Shown one piece after another: positions 48,681 through 59,114 of a DNA stretch of 64,000 bases. The number at the start of each line of letters is the position of its first letter. The first letter of the stretch is position 1. The DNA is from an uncultured Clostridia bacterium (GTDB taxonomy: Bacteria > Bacillota > Clostridia > UMGS1810), in contig CAKSTI010000001.1 in assembly GCA_934500705.1 (NCBI GenBank), positions 157,139-221,138 on the forward strand, written 5' to 3'. The position numbers and the translations under genes were made by a program. The notes beneath the pieces are model-generated. The model did no database searches. It saw nothing but the letters and a program-made list of their open reading frames with translations, and was not told the DNA's origin.

Positions 48681-50400
48681 GATAAGGTGCAAGCGTGTTT
48701 GCATTAAACTGGAACAGTTTGAATGTTGAACCGCTTGGCACATTTACTTTCAGTTGTGTGTGTTTTACTCCGTTTATGTAGCCGATTTCACAGTCACTGC
48801 CCGTAAGAGCCGAAAGGTTGGCATCTGCATACACTGCGGCAACCGTCATTGCGTTTTCGAGCTTTGAGTGGCTGACGCTCGTAACCGAAAGATTGACATT
48901 GCCATCGGGGAATGTGCCGTCGGTTCTTGTAAGGCTTATGTCATCGAGATAGATTGCCTCGCCTGTGTATACATTTGTATTGAAATCAGCAGAATTGGCA
49001 TGAATAACCAGTGTGAAATATCCGTTTTCGTCATAGTCATCGTCGGTTAACATAATTTCGGCATTATACCTTCCCCAGCCGTTACCAAGCTTGCCCATAT
49101 CGACAGTGTGCTTTGCTACCGCAAAAGCATTTTTAACTTCGGTTGCCGTCGGTGCAACGTTTGAAAGTTTCATGGTTTTTACATCAAAATTTGCACCTTT
49201 GAACACAGATGTGTTTAAGTTTCTCCATGTTAGATTGTTTGCCGGATAATTAACCTGTGACACGGCATACAAATTAAGGACGTATGTTCCTGCCGGAAAG
49301 TCCGCCTTTGACAGTTTGATTTTGGTTCCCAAAACAAAGCCCTCACTCCAATTTTCGGGAGACGGAATTGCGATGCACTCATCGCTTCCCGGAGCAACTG
49401 CACCGTGATGGCCGAAATCGGTTGTGGTACCGGTTGGTCTGTGAAGTACGGTTTTATTCGTTGGTATATATTTGGGGATATATGAACCGTTTGTTCCGGG
49501 AACAAGTCTGTCATCCAGTCCTGCCCAAGCACCGTCTGCATATGTTCCAATATAGTTTTTCACGTTTCTGAGTTCGCCGTTTCCTATGTGGTTGGCACCT
49601 TCCTCAAAATCCCAAGTTTTTCCGAATTGAACCTTTGAATACACTACCTTGTCGGAAACGGTTTCAACAGGCGATATTTCAATGTTGTCGATGTATATAT
49701 CACCGCCCTTTTGTCCCTTGTTCATGTTTGCCACGGCAATGTGAAGCCTTACAAATCCATTTTCGTAATACTGTCCCGGCGCTGTAAAAGTAGCTGTTTT
49801 TTTCGTCCACTTACTGTTTGTTATATCAGCCTTGCCTACGGCCAAATCAATACTTGTGCCCATGTTTTCCTTGTTCCACGGTATTCTGTCGTTGATGGAA
49901 GAAGTTGTATCATCTGTAATGTATGCCGACGGCTTGCTGAAAGCTATGTACGCTTTATCATAGCTTGAGCTTGTGCCGAGAATATCGAAAGAGATGCTGT
50001 ATTCCATACCGGGAATAAGCTCGGCGTCGGAAAGCAAAACCGATGTGCCTACTGATAAATACTTATACTGGTCATCCGCACCGCCGTCGACCATAAGGCA
50101 TTTGTCACCGCCGTTTTCAAGCTTGATTGCGGTGGTAATGGCAGAATGATCGGCCTGCAAAACTCTGAATTTCCATGAATTATCCTCGGTAGTAGGCATA
50201 TATTCCTTTACCCAGGCGCCGGAATTTGCATCAACATACCTTTTATCGTGATTAAAATATCCTATATCATCAGAACTTTCAAAATCCCATTTAAGAGTTC
50301 CTTCGCTCATTGTCCTTGCCTGAACCGCAACGGGCAAAGAAAATGTTGAAAGAACAGTCATCATCATTGCCGTGAGGCATACAAATGTTATCTTTTTCAT
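48658..50400 (-). CDS. Secreted non-catalytic protein built from CBM_4_9-superfamily (CBM22-like) modules
   Basis: Signal peptide. Modules begin ...LKWDFESSDD / ...KTWDFEEGAN and end ...IYIDNIEISP / ...IYLDDISLTR, like the CBM modules of the adjacent GH10 enzymes. No catalytic motif. Confidence 0.55.
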   Translation of the reverse strand: MKKITFVCLTAMMMTVLSTFSLPVAVQARTMSEGTLKWDFESSDDIGYFNHDKRYVDANSGAWVKEYMPTTEDNSWKFRVLQADHSAITTAIKLENGGDKCLMVDGGADDQYKYLSVGTSVLLSDAELIPGMEYSISFDILGTSSSYDKAYIAFSKPSAYITDDTTSSINDRIPWNKENMGTSIDLAVGKADITNSKWTKKTATFTAPGQYYENGFVRLHIAVANMNKGQKGGDIYIDNIEISPVETVSDKVVYSKVQFGKTWDFEEGANHIGNGELRNVKNYIGTYADGAWAGLDDRLVPGTNGSYIPKYIPTNKTVLHRPTGTTTDFGHHGAVAPGSDECIAIPSPENWSEGFVLGTKIKLSKADFPAGTYVLNLYAVSQVNYPANNLTWRNLNTSVFKGANFDVKTMKLSNVAPTATEVKNAFAVAKHTVDMGKLGNGWGRYNAEIMLTDDDYDENGYFTLVIHANSADFNTNVYTGEAIYLDDISLTRTDGTFPDGNVNLSVTSVSHSKLENAMTVAAVYADANLSALTGSDCEIGYINGVKHTQLKVNVPSGSTFKLFQFNANTLAPYLETPFVK

Positions 50401-50414
50401 TAAAATTTCCTCCT

Positions 50415-50470
50415 GATTTTTAATTATTTATCATTTATTAAAGCACAGCGTCATTTAGGGGTTAACACCG
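50415..50470. other. Nested inverted repeats (GTTAACACCG ... CGGTGTTAA, plus outer AAAGCACGGCG / CGCTGTGCTTT) in the 93 bp gap after the 1422 aa xylanase
   Basis: Read directly. Forms an extended hairpin on the minus strand without a clean U-tract. Likely an attenuator or processing site between co-directional genes. Confidence 0.35.
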
Positions 50471-50493
50471 CCGTGCTTTTACAATGAACGGTG

Positions 50494-53400
50494 TTAATCG
50501 TTTTGCGTTATGCTTATATCGTCAAAGTACAACGCCGTGCCGGACTGCAAACTGCCCGATGTGGTAATATAGAGCATAGTATAGCCGTCCTCGTACATAT
50601 CGTCCGCAGGTGTTATGACTGTGCTGTAATCCTTCCAACTTGCCGTGGTTGTACCCGCTGACGGCGATGCGGTCAAAAACTCTGCCGGCTCATCGTAAAT
50701 ATCCACAACATAACTCGGCTTTTGCAGTGCGGCATAATAATTCTTGCCGGCATATGCCGTGCCGTCCACCTTGCCTTTGAATGTGAGCGTATACGTTTTG
50801 CCCGGTGCAAGCTGTGACCCGGACAGTTTAATCCTTATACCCCTGTTCTGCGACTTGGTGTAAGAGGAAGGAACTGTCAGACAGCCGCCGTCGGCAAACT
50901 TTGGCTGTTGGGTGTAATCTATTGGCGAAACCCTCGCCCACGAGCCCAAATCAACGTTCCACGTTATGTCGGTATCACGGTCAAAGTTCCAGCTTGTTTT
51001 CTCAAACAGTGCCTTTGCCTCCGGATACAGAGCATAAAACTCGTCATCTGTGCACGTCATTGCGTAAAACTGCGGTTTTGCCTTATAGTTGCGGTCAAAT
51101 ATTCCGAGGTAATCAAAGCGGTTGTCCGAGGTGGTTCTCGAATATTTGTCGGTAACAGTCCAGAATGTGACACGGTTTATGTTTGCCGCATTTTCTTTGA
51201 GCACTTTAAAGAAGTTGCGCAGCAGCATTGCCTGCTCAAACTCACGCATTTTTGTAATTCCGTTTTCGTACATCTTGGGATTTGTTGCAGAAAACGGAAA
51301 TGCGGAAACATCAATCTCCGTTATATCGAGGTTAAGCCCGGTGGCAATAAATTTTTTAACCGTATTTTCCGAGTGCTCCACGCTCATATTCTGGACAAAG
51401 TGGCACTGGTAACCTATGGTATCAATAAGCGGTTTACCGTTTACATATTTATCGGGCGTGTTGACCGTATTCACTATGCCAACTATTCGGTCACTCTTGC
51501 CTATGAAGTCCTCATAATCGTTATATCTCAGCTCTGCGTCGGGGTCGGCATCCTTGGCATACTTAAATGCGTAGTACACATAGTCCTTGCCGATAATGCG
51601 CATATGTCCGCCGCCACGCTTCCAGTAGTAACCGTCGGTCACGTTTTCGTTGGTGTGCGCAGCCGCCTCGTTTACAACGTCCCACACGGGGACACGCCAG
51701 TTTGAGTAATCTACGCCGGATTTATACTCCGACGGGTCACCCTTGCCGTTGCAGTGGTTGACAACCTTTGTTATGTACTCCTTCATTCGTGCAAGAGCGC
51801 TGTCCCTGTCCAGCCAGTTGCCGTCTGCATCTTGATTTGTCCACGCAGTGGAGGGCAAATCCCACACGAGAGTGTGACCGACAACTTCGTCTATTCCAAG
51901 CCGCTTTGCCGCCTGCATAGTGCTGTCAAGAGCGCCGAAGTCATACTTTGTAATATCGCCTTTGCAATACGCCTCACGCTGTATCCAACCGCGCTTGAAA
52001 GCACCGTCGGCGACAATGGAGTTAAAATGCTTTTTAATGAGCGTGTCGTATTTGGTATCGTTGTTTGAAAATGCCGATGTAACCGTGCACGCACCTATCT
52101 TAAAATAGTCGGCAAAAACGTCTTTCAGGTTTTTAAGCTCCGTCTGCGGTTCTGCTTTGGCAGAGGTAACACTCGCAGTTTGCGAAAACATTTCGAGCGG
52201 ATACTGTTCATACTGCATATCGTCGGTATGGTAGCCGTTGCAGTCCGCAATGACGGTGAAATCATCAAGGTAAAACGGCTGTGTGCCCGATGTCTTTACA
52301 CTTATTTTTACAGTGCCGTCCGATGCCGCATCGTAATCGGAGATATTAAAGTCAAGCGTCAGCTTTTTCCATACGCCGTTTCCGTCCGTTGTTACCGCTG
52401 TACCGTCTGCTGATGCCGTCTTACTGCCGGCAAGAGGAATTTCTGCCGACAGCCGATAATTTTGTCCGTCCTCTGCGCAATTAACATAGGCTCGGACGCT
52501 CACTTTGTCGGCATTTAAAAGTTGTGCGAGTTTGAGCGTTACCGTATCATTGCTTGTATTCCTGTCATAAACATACAGGCTTCTTTTTCCGCTGTTTGCG
52601 CTCTCGTCCGAAAAGCGGCTGTTTGCGCCGTCGGAAACGGAAATCAAACTTAAATAGTCATATTCAAACGTTGAACGGTATTTAAGTTTCCCGTCGTCGG
52701 CAAAATCCGGTATGGAGTAACTTACAAGTTTTTCAAACTGCGCTTTGTCATAAACTCCGACAATCCCCAACCGCATATTTTTATGGTCTGTTGCGCTCAC
52801 GGCAACGCTGTAATCGCCGCTGTCGGGAACCTCAATATCCACGCTGCTGGAATAGCCCGACTCGCTTAAAAGCGAACCGTCCGATCTGTAAACCGAGGCT
52901 TTGAGCGAAAAGTTATCGTCATTTGCGGTAAGCCTTACGCTCTTTTTGCCGTCCGGCTGTGGTGTGGGGTTTTCCGCCTCATCGCCGCAGGTGCCGAGCA
53001 CATCTGTCCACACGCCGTCCCATTTGCAATCAAGACTTTCGGTTTCCTCGTATTTATTGATTTTAAAGTCAACGGCAAGCGGTTTTAGGTCGCCGTTCCA
53101 TATAAAGAACCTCAAAATCGGTCTTTGTATGCCGTCCGCAATTTTTACCGTTACGTTTTTTCGGCTTAGCTCGCCGAGGGCTTCGTTCTTAACCGTGCAC
53201 GACTTTAAAGCATTGCCGTCATAAACGGCGCAGATAATCTTTGCATCTGCAATCTCCGTGTCGGAAACTGCGGTTATACAGCAACTCACCGCTGCACCGG
53301 GCATTACCGCACTCTCGCTTCTCGAATACAAACTTATGTCGTCAAGATACAGAGTAAGTCCCGGCTCCATTGCCCTTACGCCGTTTGACGGGCAGACATA

Positions 53401-54762
53401 GAGCACAAGCGTTGCCACGCCGTTATCATCGTAGCAGTCGTCGGTGATATTGAGTACGGCGGAGTTTTTGGTCCACCAACGGCTCACGCTCCCGAGAGAT
53501 GCGGAAGTCTTTGCGGTCATAATATCGGCTGTGACGTTTGAAAAATCACCGCCGATGCCGTTGTCGCACAGCTGCTTTTCGCCGCTGAACACCGCCGCAT
53601 TCAAAACATAATTATCTATTCTGCCGTTTGTATACCGTGCACTGAATGCCGAATATGCGCCTATGTCGAAAGTACCTGTACCAAACTTCCCTTTGGTAAT
53701 GCGCACTCTCGTACCGACTATTCCCTCGTCCCAGGCAACCGCCGAATTGGAGTGCATCGTCATACGTATGCAGCTTTTACTCTGCGGTGCAGGAGCACCG
53801 TAATATATTGGGTCGTCCTGATTTCTGGAAACGTCACCGCTTTTGTACGTATGTATATACGGTTTAACCTCCGATGTCGGCAAAATCCTCGGCCCTCTGA
53901 AATATGAATCGGTATATTTTCCGCTTGAATTAGGGCGGTTATTAATGAGCGACCACGTGCCCTTGGCAAAGGTTGCGTCATAGGCTGCGTCCTGACCGCC
54001 GTCGGGATTTCCCGGTATTGCGGTGTATGCCGTCTTGCCCTCGCCTTCCTCAAAGTCCCAGAATTTGCCGACTTTTACATTTGCGCTGTATAATCTGTCG
54101 GTTAAAACTTCTGTCGGTGTGACGGTTATGTTGTCAAAGCAGACACCGCCCGTCAGAGCTTCTCCGCCCGATAAAAACAGGTGCAGAATTATCTGCCCGT
54201 TTTCGTACAAATCTGCCGGTGCGGTAAAAACGGCGCTCACATTTGTCTGCAAGTTGCCCGTAAAACTTGTTTTACCCTCCGCAGTGCTCATCTTAGTGCC
54301 TGTTATTCCGTCCGCCGTGTCCGACGGTTTGGAAAGCGCTGTATTTACGCTGATTTCGCCGTCATTGCCGCAGTATACAACATCTGCATTTATCCTGTAT
54401 TCCCGATTTGGAACGAGCTGCAAATCCGACAGTGCTATGCGCATACCTACGCTTTGCGCACTGCCATCGGGCGTGCACTTTGCCGAATAACCGCCAAAGC
54501 CGCTGACGTCCGCCGATATTTCCGACGACGGAACACGGCTCAGAACACAGCCCTCTCCGCTTGCCCACGAACCGCAAAGCGGTCCTGCATCTATGCCGTC
54601 GCCGACACTTGAAAACGCAATGTCGCAAGCATCTTCAAAATTCCAGCCTATCGCACCGCCCTGTGCCGTCTTTGCCGCAGCAATCCCTGACGGCAGAGCG
54701 GAAAATGCAACAAATGCCGTACAAACAAGTGCAATAACTCTGTTTTTGTTCTGCCTTTGCAA
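50494..54762 (-). CDS. Secreted multimodular endo-1,4-beta-xylanase, glycoside hydrolase family 10, with several CBM_4_9/CBM22-like modules (1422 aa)
   Basis: Signal peptide. GH10 blocks HFNSIVADGAFK, acid/base VWDVVNEA, IDTIGYQCHF, nucleophile LDITEIDVS. Flanking modules start WNFED/WDFEE and end LYLDDISLYS / LYFDDISITQ. Confidence 0.8.
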   Translation of the reverse strand: MQRQNKNRVIALVCTAFVAFSALPSGIAAAKTAQGGAIGWNFEDACDIAFSSVGDGIDAGPLCGSWASGEGCVLSRVPSSEISADVSGFGGYSAKCTPDGSAQSVGMRIALSDLQLVPNREYRINADVVYCGNDGEISVNTALSKPSDTADGITGTKMSTAEGKTSFTGNLQTNVSAVFTAPADLYENGQIILHLFLSGGEALTGGVCFDNITVTPTEVLTDRLYSANVKVGKFWDFEEGEGKTAYTAIPGNPDGGQDAAYDATFAKGTWSLINNRPNSSGKYTDSYFRGPRILPTSEVKPYIHTYKSGDVSRNQDDPIYYGAPAPQSKSCIRMTMHSNSAVAWDEGIVGTRVRITKGKFGTGTFDIGAYSAFSARYTNGRIDNYVLNAAVFSGEKQLCDNGIGGDFSNVTADIMTAKTSASLGSVSRWWTKNSAVLNITDDCYDDNGVATLVLYVCPSNGVRAMEPGLTLYLDDISLYSRSESAVMPGAAVSCCITAVSDTEIADAKIICAVYDGNALKSCTVKNEALGELSRKNVTVKIADGIQRPILRFFIWNGDLKPLAVDFKINKYEETESLDCKWDGVWTDVLGTCGDEAENPTPQPDGKKSVRLTANDDNFSLKASVYRSDGSLLSESGYSSSVDIEVPDSGDYSVAVSATDHKNMRLGIVGVYDKAQFEKLVSYSIPDFADDGKLKYRSTFEYDYLSLISVSDGANSRFSDESANSGKRSLYVYDRNTSNDTVTLKLAQLLNADKVSVRAYVNCAEDGQNYRLSAEIPLAGSKTASADGTAVTTDGNGVWKKLTLDFNISDYDAASDGTVKISVKTSGTQPFYLDDFTVIADCNGYHTDDMQYEQYPLEMFSQTASVTSAKAEPQTELKNLKDVFADYFKIGACTVTSAFSNNDTKYDTLIKKHFNSIVADGAFKRGWIQREAYCKGDITKYDFGALDSTMQAAKRLGIDEVVGHTLVWDLPSTAWTNQDADGNWLDRDSALARMKEYITKVVNHCNGKGDPSEYKSGVDYSNWRVPVWDVVNEAAAHTNENVTDGYYWKRGGGHMRIIGKDYVYYAFKYAKDADPDAELRYNDYEDFIGKSDRIVGIVNTVNTPDKYVNGKPLIDTIGYQCHFVQNMSVEHSENTVKKFIATGLNLDITEIDVSAFPFSATNPKMYENGITKMREFEQAMLLRNFFKVLKENAANINRVTFWTVTDKYSRTTSDNRFDYLGIFDRNYKAKPQFYAMTCTDDEFYALYPEAKALFEKTSWNFDRDTDITWNVDLGSWARVSPIDYTQQPKFADGGCLTVPSSYTKSQNRGIRIKLSGSQLAPGKTYTLTFKGKVDGTAYAGKNYYAALQKPSYVVDIYDEPAEFLTASPSAGTTTASWKDYSTVITPADDMYEDGYTMLYITTSGSLQSGTALYFDDISITQND

Positions 54763-54774
54763 GTCATTACCCCC

Positions 54775-56505
54775 TTAATCGGCAACCTTTTTAACCGTGA
54801 TGTTATAGGCATCTATGCCGTCCACCTCAACCGTTGTGCCGTCTGTGATGTCGGAGAGGGAAAGTGTAACCTCACACAGTCCAACGCCGTTGTTTACTGC
54901 GGCAGAGAATGTATTTTGTCCTATTTTTACAAGTGCAAATTCAGCGGTCAAATTGTTTGTGTCAAACTCGACAAGGTAATCTCCTCCGCCGAAAATCTGT
55001 ATGCCCTTGCACACATTCAGCGATGATGTGCAGATGTTTGCGCCGTTTGCATAGAGCATAGAAATATTTTGCTTTCTCTCCGAGATTATTTTTCCGTCTT
55101 CGTCCGTCAGGTAAAACATCAGCCGTGAGTCGGAGTATACTCCGTCCGGCAGAGCGGCGGAAACCGAAACGGTGTTTGCGCCCTCGGCAAGAGTAACGTC
55201 CTTTTTTGCAATTATATTCTCACTTCCGTCTGCTCCGTCAACTTCGAGTACTGCGACCGCTTCACCGCTGACATCTGCAAAAACCTTTACGGAAATTCCG
55301 ACCGTACTTCCCGCCAAAGAGCTTAAATCCTGAAATCTGCCGTTTTCTGTCGCCTTATAAATACTTACGTCTTTTACATAAAAGTCGTCTGCGGAGCTGA
55401 AATTAATTTTAAACCCGTCTGCCCTTCCTCTGTTCTCGCCTATGAAAAAGGCTGACGTTTTGTCTATACTCAGCTTTGCCGAAATATCGCTCCAATCATC
55501 GCACTCCGCCGCCGCGGCGCTCATAACCGTGCTGTCTTGGAGTGTGCCCGACACATCTACTGCCGACTTGCTCTTTACCTTGGCTCTGAAAGTTATGCCG
55601 CCGTCCGAGAGTTCATCTTTTGGAACAAGGCTTACGCTGTCAAAATAAACAGCCTCCGAGCGCAAGCAGGGCGCCGCCTTAATTCCGAGCCACAGCACGG
55701 CGTACCCGTCCTCAAAGTCATCTGCCTGCGGAGTGACCTCGGTACTGCCGTTTGTCCAGTACTGTCTGACTCTGCCGACAGGTTCGGCAGACGATGAAAG
55801 CCAGTTTACCGCACCCGATGATGTAGGCTCAATCTGTGACGGCTTTGTCACGTTGCAGTAAAGCTCCCTGTCTTTGGAGTTATCCAGCGTGTAGTACGAG
55901 AGAACATATGTCTTGCCGGGAACAAAGTTCTGCTCGGACAGTTTAACCCTTATGCCGAGTGTTGCTCTGTTCCAGTCGTTTTTTCCCGTTGTTACCTTTG
56001 CAACACTGCCGCTTCCGGGTGATGGCGGTGTTTTTTCGCCGTTGTAGACGGTTCCGAGTGTCGCATTGGCATACATGTCGTCGCTGAACGGCACTATCGC
56101 AGGCGACGTCCAGTATGCCGTTGTGGCATAAAAGTTTGACATTTTGCCCTCCGGAATATCCGAGGGGTCTGTGATGTTTGCCTGACCGTAGACTTGTGTA
56201 AATACATCGTCTTGCGACTCAAAATCCCAAAACATTGCACCGCTTGGCGCCGTTTCGCTGTATAAATCCGCTCCTGCCGTTATGCTTGCGCTTGCCACGC
56301 CGTCTGCGCTCACGTGCAGGCTCCCGTCTGCCGTTTCGATGCGTGAACTCCCGTTTGCGTTCCAACCGACGGAGCTGTTTGTGCTCACGGTCTTTAAAAC
56401 TTCCACGCCTGTTTCCGCCTCATACGGAGCGCCCGTCATTGCAAGTGCCGCCGATGATGAAAACATAATAGCTGCGGTTAATGCCGACAATATCTTTTTT
56501 CGCAT
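54775..56505 (-). CDS. Secreted non-catalytic CBM_4_9-like module protein, paralogue of 48658..50400
   Basis: Signal peptide MRKKILSALTAAIMFSSSAALA. Module ...AMFWDFESQDD...VYFDSVSLVPK. Confidence 0.55.
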   Translation of the reverse strand: MRKKILSALTAAIMFSSSAALAMTGAPYEAETGVEVLKTVSTNSSVGWNANGSSRIETADGSLHVSADGVASASITAGADLYSETAPSGAMFWDFESQDDVFTQVYGQANITDPSDIPEGKMSNFYATTAYWTSPAIVPFSDDMYANATLGTVYNGEKTPPSPGSGSVAKVTTGKNDWNRATLGIRVKLSEQNFVPGKTYVLSYYTLDNSKDRELYCNVTKPSQIEPTSSGAVNWLSSSAEPVGRVRQYWTNGSTEVTPQADDFEDGYAVLWLGIKAAPCLRSEAVYFDSVSLVPKDELSDGGITFRAKVKSKSAVDVSGTLQDSTVMSAAAAECDDWSDISAKLSIDKTSAFFIGENRGRADGFKINFSSADDFYVKDVSIYKATENGRFQDLSSLAGSTVGISVKVFADVSGEAVAVLEVDGADGSENIIAKKDVTLAEGANTVSVSAALPDGVYSDSRLMFYLTDEDGKIISERKQNISMLYANGANICTSSLNVCKGIQIFGGGDYLVEFDTNNLTAEFALVKIGQNTFSAAVNNGVGLCEVTLSLSDITDGTTVEVDGIDAYNITVKKVAD

Positions 56506-56519
56506 AAAATCCCTCCGTT

Positions 56520-59114
56520 TTACAAATTGTTACTGCTCTGATTGCTCGAAATTCCGACTATGTTTCTGATGCTGTTGTACTCTGCCGTATATCCCATAAG
56601 AGTGCAGGTTTCTATAACCGGCAGGAAAATGTCGCCGTCCGCCATAACGGGCGCTCTGTTCATTTTGTGCTCGGCAAAGTCCACAATCTGACTGTCTGCG
56701 CCGAGGGAGAAGTACAGCCCGTTTGCAATAAACGAATATCTGTTATCGGCAAAAATACACTCCTTGCCGAGGACATCGAGAAGGTATGACCCCCTCAGAT
56801 ATGTTACGCCGTCCTTTTCGTACAAATCCTCCTGCTTTACGTCCAGTTCAACGCCGTCAAGGCTGATGCGCACTTTGCTTGTATCCTCATTCAAAATTTT
56901 CGAGAAATAATACTCCGGGTCTGCGATTGCCCAATAGAGCGGCTTTGCCTGAAAATGCCTGTCGAACAGTCCCGCATAGTCCGTACGGGTAAAGCCGTCG
57001 GAGCGGTTCTGATAAGAACCGAGGTCCTCGTATGACCAGAAAACCACACGGTCTATGATGTCGGCGTATTCCTTGTATATTTCAAAGTTGTTGTAGTATA
57101 GATTTGCCTGTGCAATTTCTGCCGCAGTTGTTATGCCGTTTTCGTAGAGCGACTGCTTTTTGGCAACCTGTGAGTCCGTGTATGCCGATATATCCGCCTC
57201 TGTTACATCAATGCTTACGCCGAGAGAGGAGAAAAGCTCCAATGCGTCACGTATCTGCGACGGCAGCACATTAATTCTGTAATGCGACTGCATACCGAGA
57301 GAGTCAACACGAACGCCCTTGTTTTGCAGTTTTTTAATCAGGTCGTACATTGCCTGTCTTTTTGACGGGCTTTGTTCGCCGTAGTCATTATAGCGTAGCT
57401 TTACATCGTCATAGCCGGTTTCGTCGGCGTATCTGAAAGCATATTCTATATAATCATTGCCGACGCAGTTTATAAAGGCATTTCTGTTGGCATAGAGTTC
57501 GTTTCCGGGCAGCAGTGCCTCGTTTACAACGTCCCACACGTCTATGTGCCAATCGGAGTAATTAATGCCGGCTTTGTATTCGGACGGGCTGCCGTCGCCC
57601 TCATAATGCTTCATTACCTTTGTTATGTACTCCTTCATAAAGGCAAGTGCGTCATCACGGCTCAGCCACTGACCGTTTGAGTCCTGCGCATAGGGAGCTA
57701 TTGACGCAATCTCCCATATGAGGCAGTGCCCCGTTATATCGTCTATACCGTTCTTTTGAGCAAATTCCATAAGGTAATCGCCCTTGGTAAAGTCATAGTT
57801 TATTCTGTCCTTTTTGGGCAGTATTTCCTGCATTTTCATTGCGCCATCGTGAACGATTGAATTAAAATGCTTTATAATGAGCTGTTCAGCCGGCGTATCG
57901 ACATCGTCAACAAGCTGTTCGGTTGCGGTTGTGCAGGCGCCGATTTTAAAATAATCTTTATACACGTCCTTTAATGACGGAATATCTGTCTGAATCGGTT
58001 TTTCAATCGGCGACTGACTCGTCGGTGTATGCGAGATGCCCTCCGGGACAACGCCCTCACGGTAGTCAAGGTCGTCATAAAGCCGTCCCGGCTTGTCGGC
58101 GCTGACAATAACATCGTCTACGTAATAGTCCGAGAGGTTGCTGTCGCCTATGGAAATCTGAAAACCTATCGAAGTTCCGACTTCGTACTTGGTACCGTCC
58201 ACAACGCCTTCAAGGCGATGCCACTTATCGTCGGTGACGGTGACGCTTGAAAGGAACGGGTATGTTTTATTGCCGCTCAAAAGCACAATTTCGCCCTGGA
58301 TTGAAAACGTGCATTTATCCAGTTTGGGTGACTTTTTGACCCACAGAGAAACCGTGTACTTTGCCTTTTTGTCCATATCGTTATACATACACCTTACGGC
58401 GTGCCACGATGCGGTTCTGTTTTTAACTTTAAGTGCATAGTTACCGCTGTGGGCGCCCGCCTCATCGGTTATCTCATAGCCTGTGCCGTAGAGAGAAAAC
58501 ATCTCCAAAGTCGGCTTTTCAAAAGACGCTCTTTCCAAAAGATTGCCGGTATATTTGCTCTTGATGTCCTCAACGGGCTTTGCCTCGGCTGATTTGGAAA
58601 CCGTGTCTGACATTACCTTAAAGTTATCGAGCATAAAGTCCTTTTCCTCACCGCCTGAGCTGACGCTTATTATAAGCTCTATGCTTGAACTGAGCGTCAT
58701 AAACGATGTCTGACAGCGGCCGGAAAGTTTCGTCCACGAGGACGGTTTAAGCGTTTTGGTGTCTATCACGTATTCGCTCTTTTTACTGCCGGAAGTAAGG
58801 CGTACTGTCATTTTTGCCAGCGCCTCGCCTTCGGTCTTTATGTATGTGCAAATCTCGGACAGACTGCTTGGGTTCAGGTTTTTAAGCTCAACCTCAAAAG
58901 GTTTGCCACCGTTCGCCGTCACATAAAGAGCCTTTCCGCTCACACCGCCGTCCGCATACTGTGCCGATGCGCCAAAGTTTAAACCGCCCGTGCTCTCGTC
59001 ATCAAATGTCAGGTTATACACCTCAAACGGAACATCTGCATCAACTTCGGCAGCGGCTGCCGATACGGAAAAAAGCATTGCCAAAACCAGAATAATACAA
59101 ACTGCTCGTTTCAT
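56520..59114 (-). CDS. Secreted endo-1,4-beta-xylanase, GH10, with N-terminal CBM22-like modules and a C-terminal copper-amine-oxidase-N-like domain (864 aa)
   Basis: GH10 blocks HFNSIVHDGAMK, VWDVVNEA, SLGMQSHY, VTEADIS. C-terminal ...FLPVIETCTLMGYTAEYNS. Its start codon overlaps the upstream DUF4340 stop (TAATG). Confidence 0.8.
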   Translation of the reverse strand: MKRAVCIILVLAMLFSVSAAAAEVDADVPFEVYNLTFDDESTGGLNFGASAQYADGGVSGKALYVTANGGKPFEVELKNLNPSSLSEICTYIKTEGEALAKMTVRLTSGSKKSEYVIDTKTLKPSSWTKLSGRCQTSFMTLSSSIELIISVSSGGEEKDFMLDNFKVMSDTVSKSAEAKPVEDIKSKYTGNLLERASFEKPTLEMFSLYGTGYEITDEAGAHSGNYALKVKNRTASWHAVRCMYNDMDKKAKYTVSLWVKKSPKLDKCTFSIQGEIVLLSGNKTYPFLSSVTVTDDKWHRLEGVVDGTKYEVGTSIGFQISIGDSNLSDYYVDDVIVSADKPGRLYDDLDYREGVVPEGISHTPTSQSPIEKPIQTDIPSLKDVYKDYFKIGACTTATEQLVDDVDTPAEQLIIKHFNSIVHDGAMKMQEILPKKDRINYDFTKGDYLMEFAQKNGIDDITGHCLIWEIASIAPYAQDSNGQWLSRDDALAFMKEYITKVMKHYEGDGSPSEYKAGINYSDWHIDVWDVVNEALLPGNELYANRNAFINCVGNDYIEYAFRYADETGYDDVKLRYNDYGEQSPSKRQAMYDLIKKLQNKGVRVDSLGMQSHYRINVLPSQIRDALELFSSLGVSIDVTEADISAYTDSQVAKKQSLYENGITTAAEIAQANLYYNNFEIYKEYADIIDRVVFWSYEDLGSYQNRSDGFTRTDYAGLFDRHFQAKPLYWAIADPEYYFSKILNEDTSKVRISLDGVELDVKQEDLYEKDGVTYLRGSYLLDVLGKECIFADNRYSFIANGLYFSLGADSQIVDFAEHKMNRAPVMADGDIFLPVIETCTLMGYTAEYNSIRNIVGISSNQSSNNL

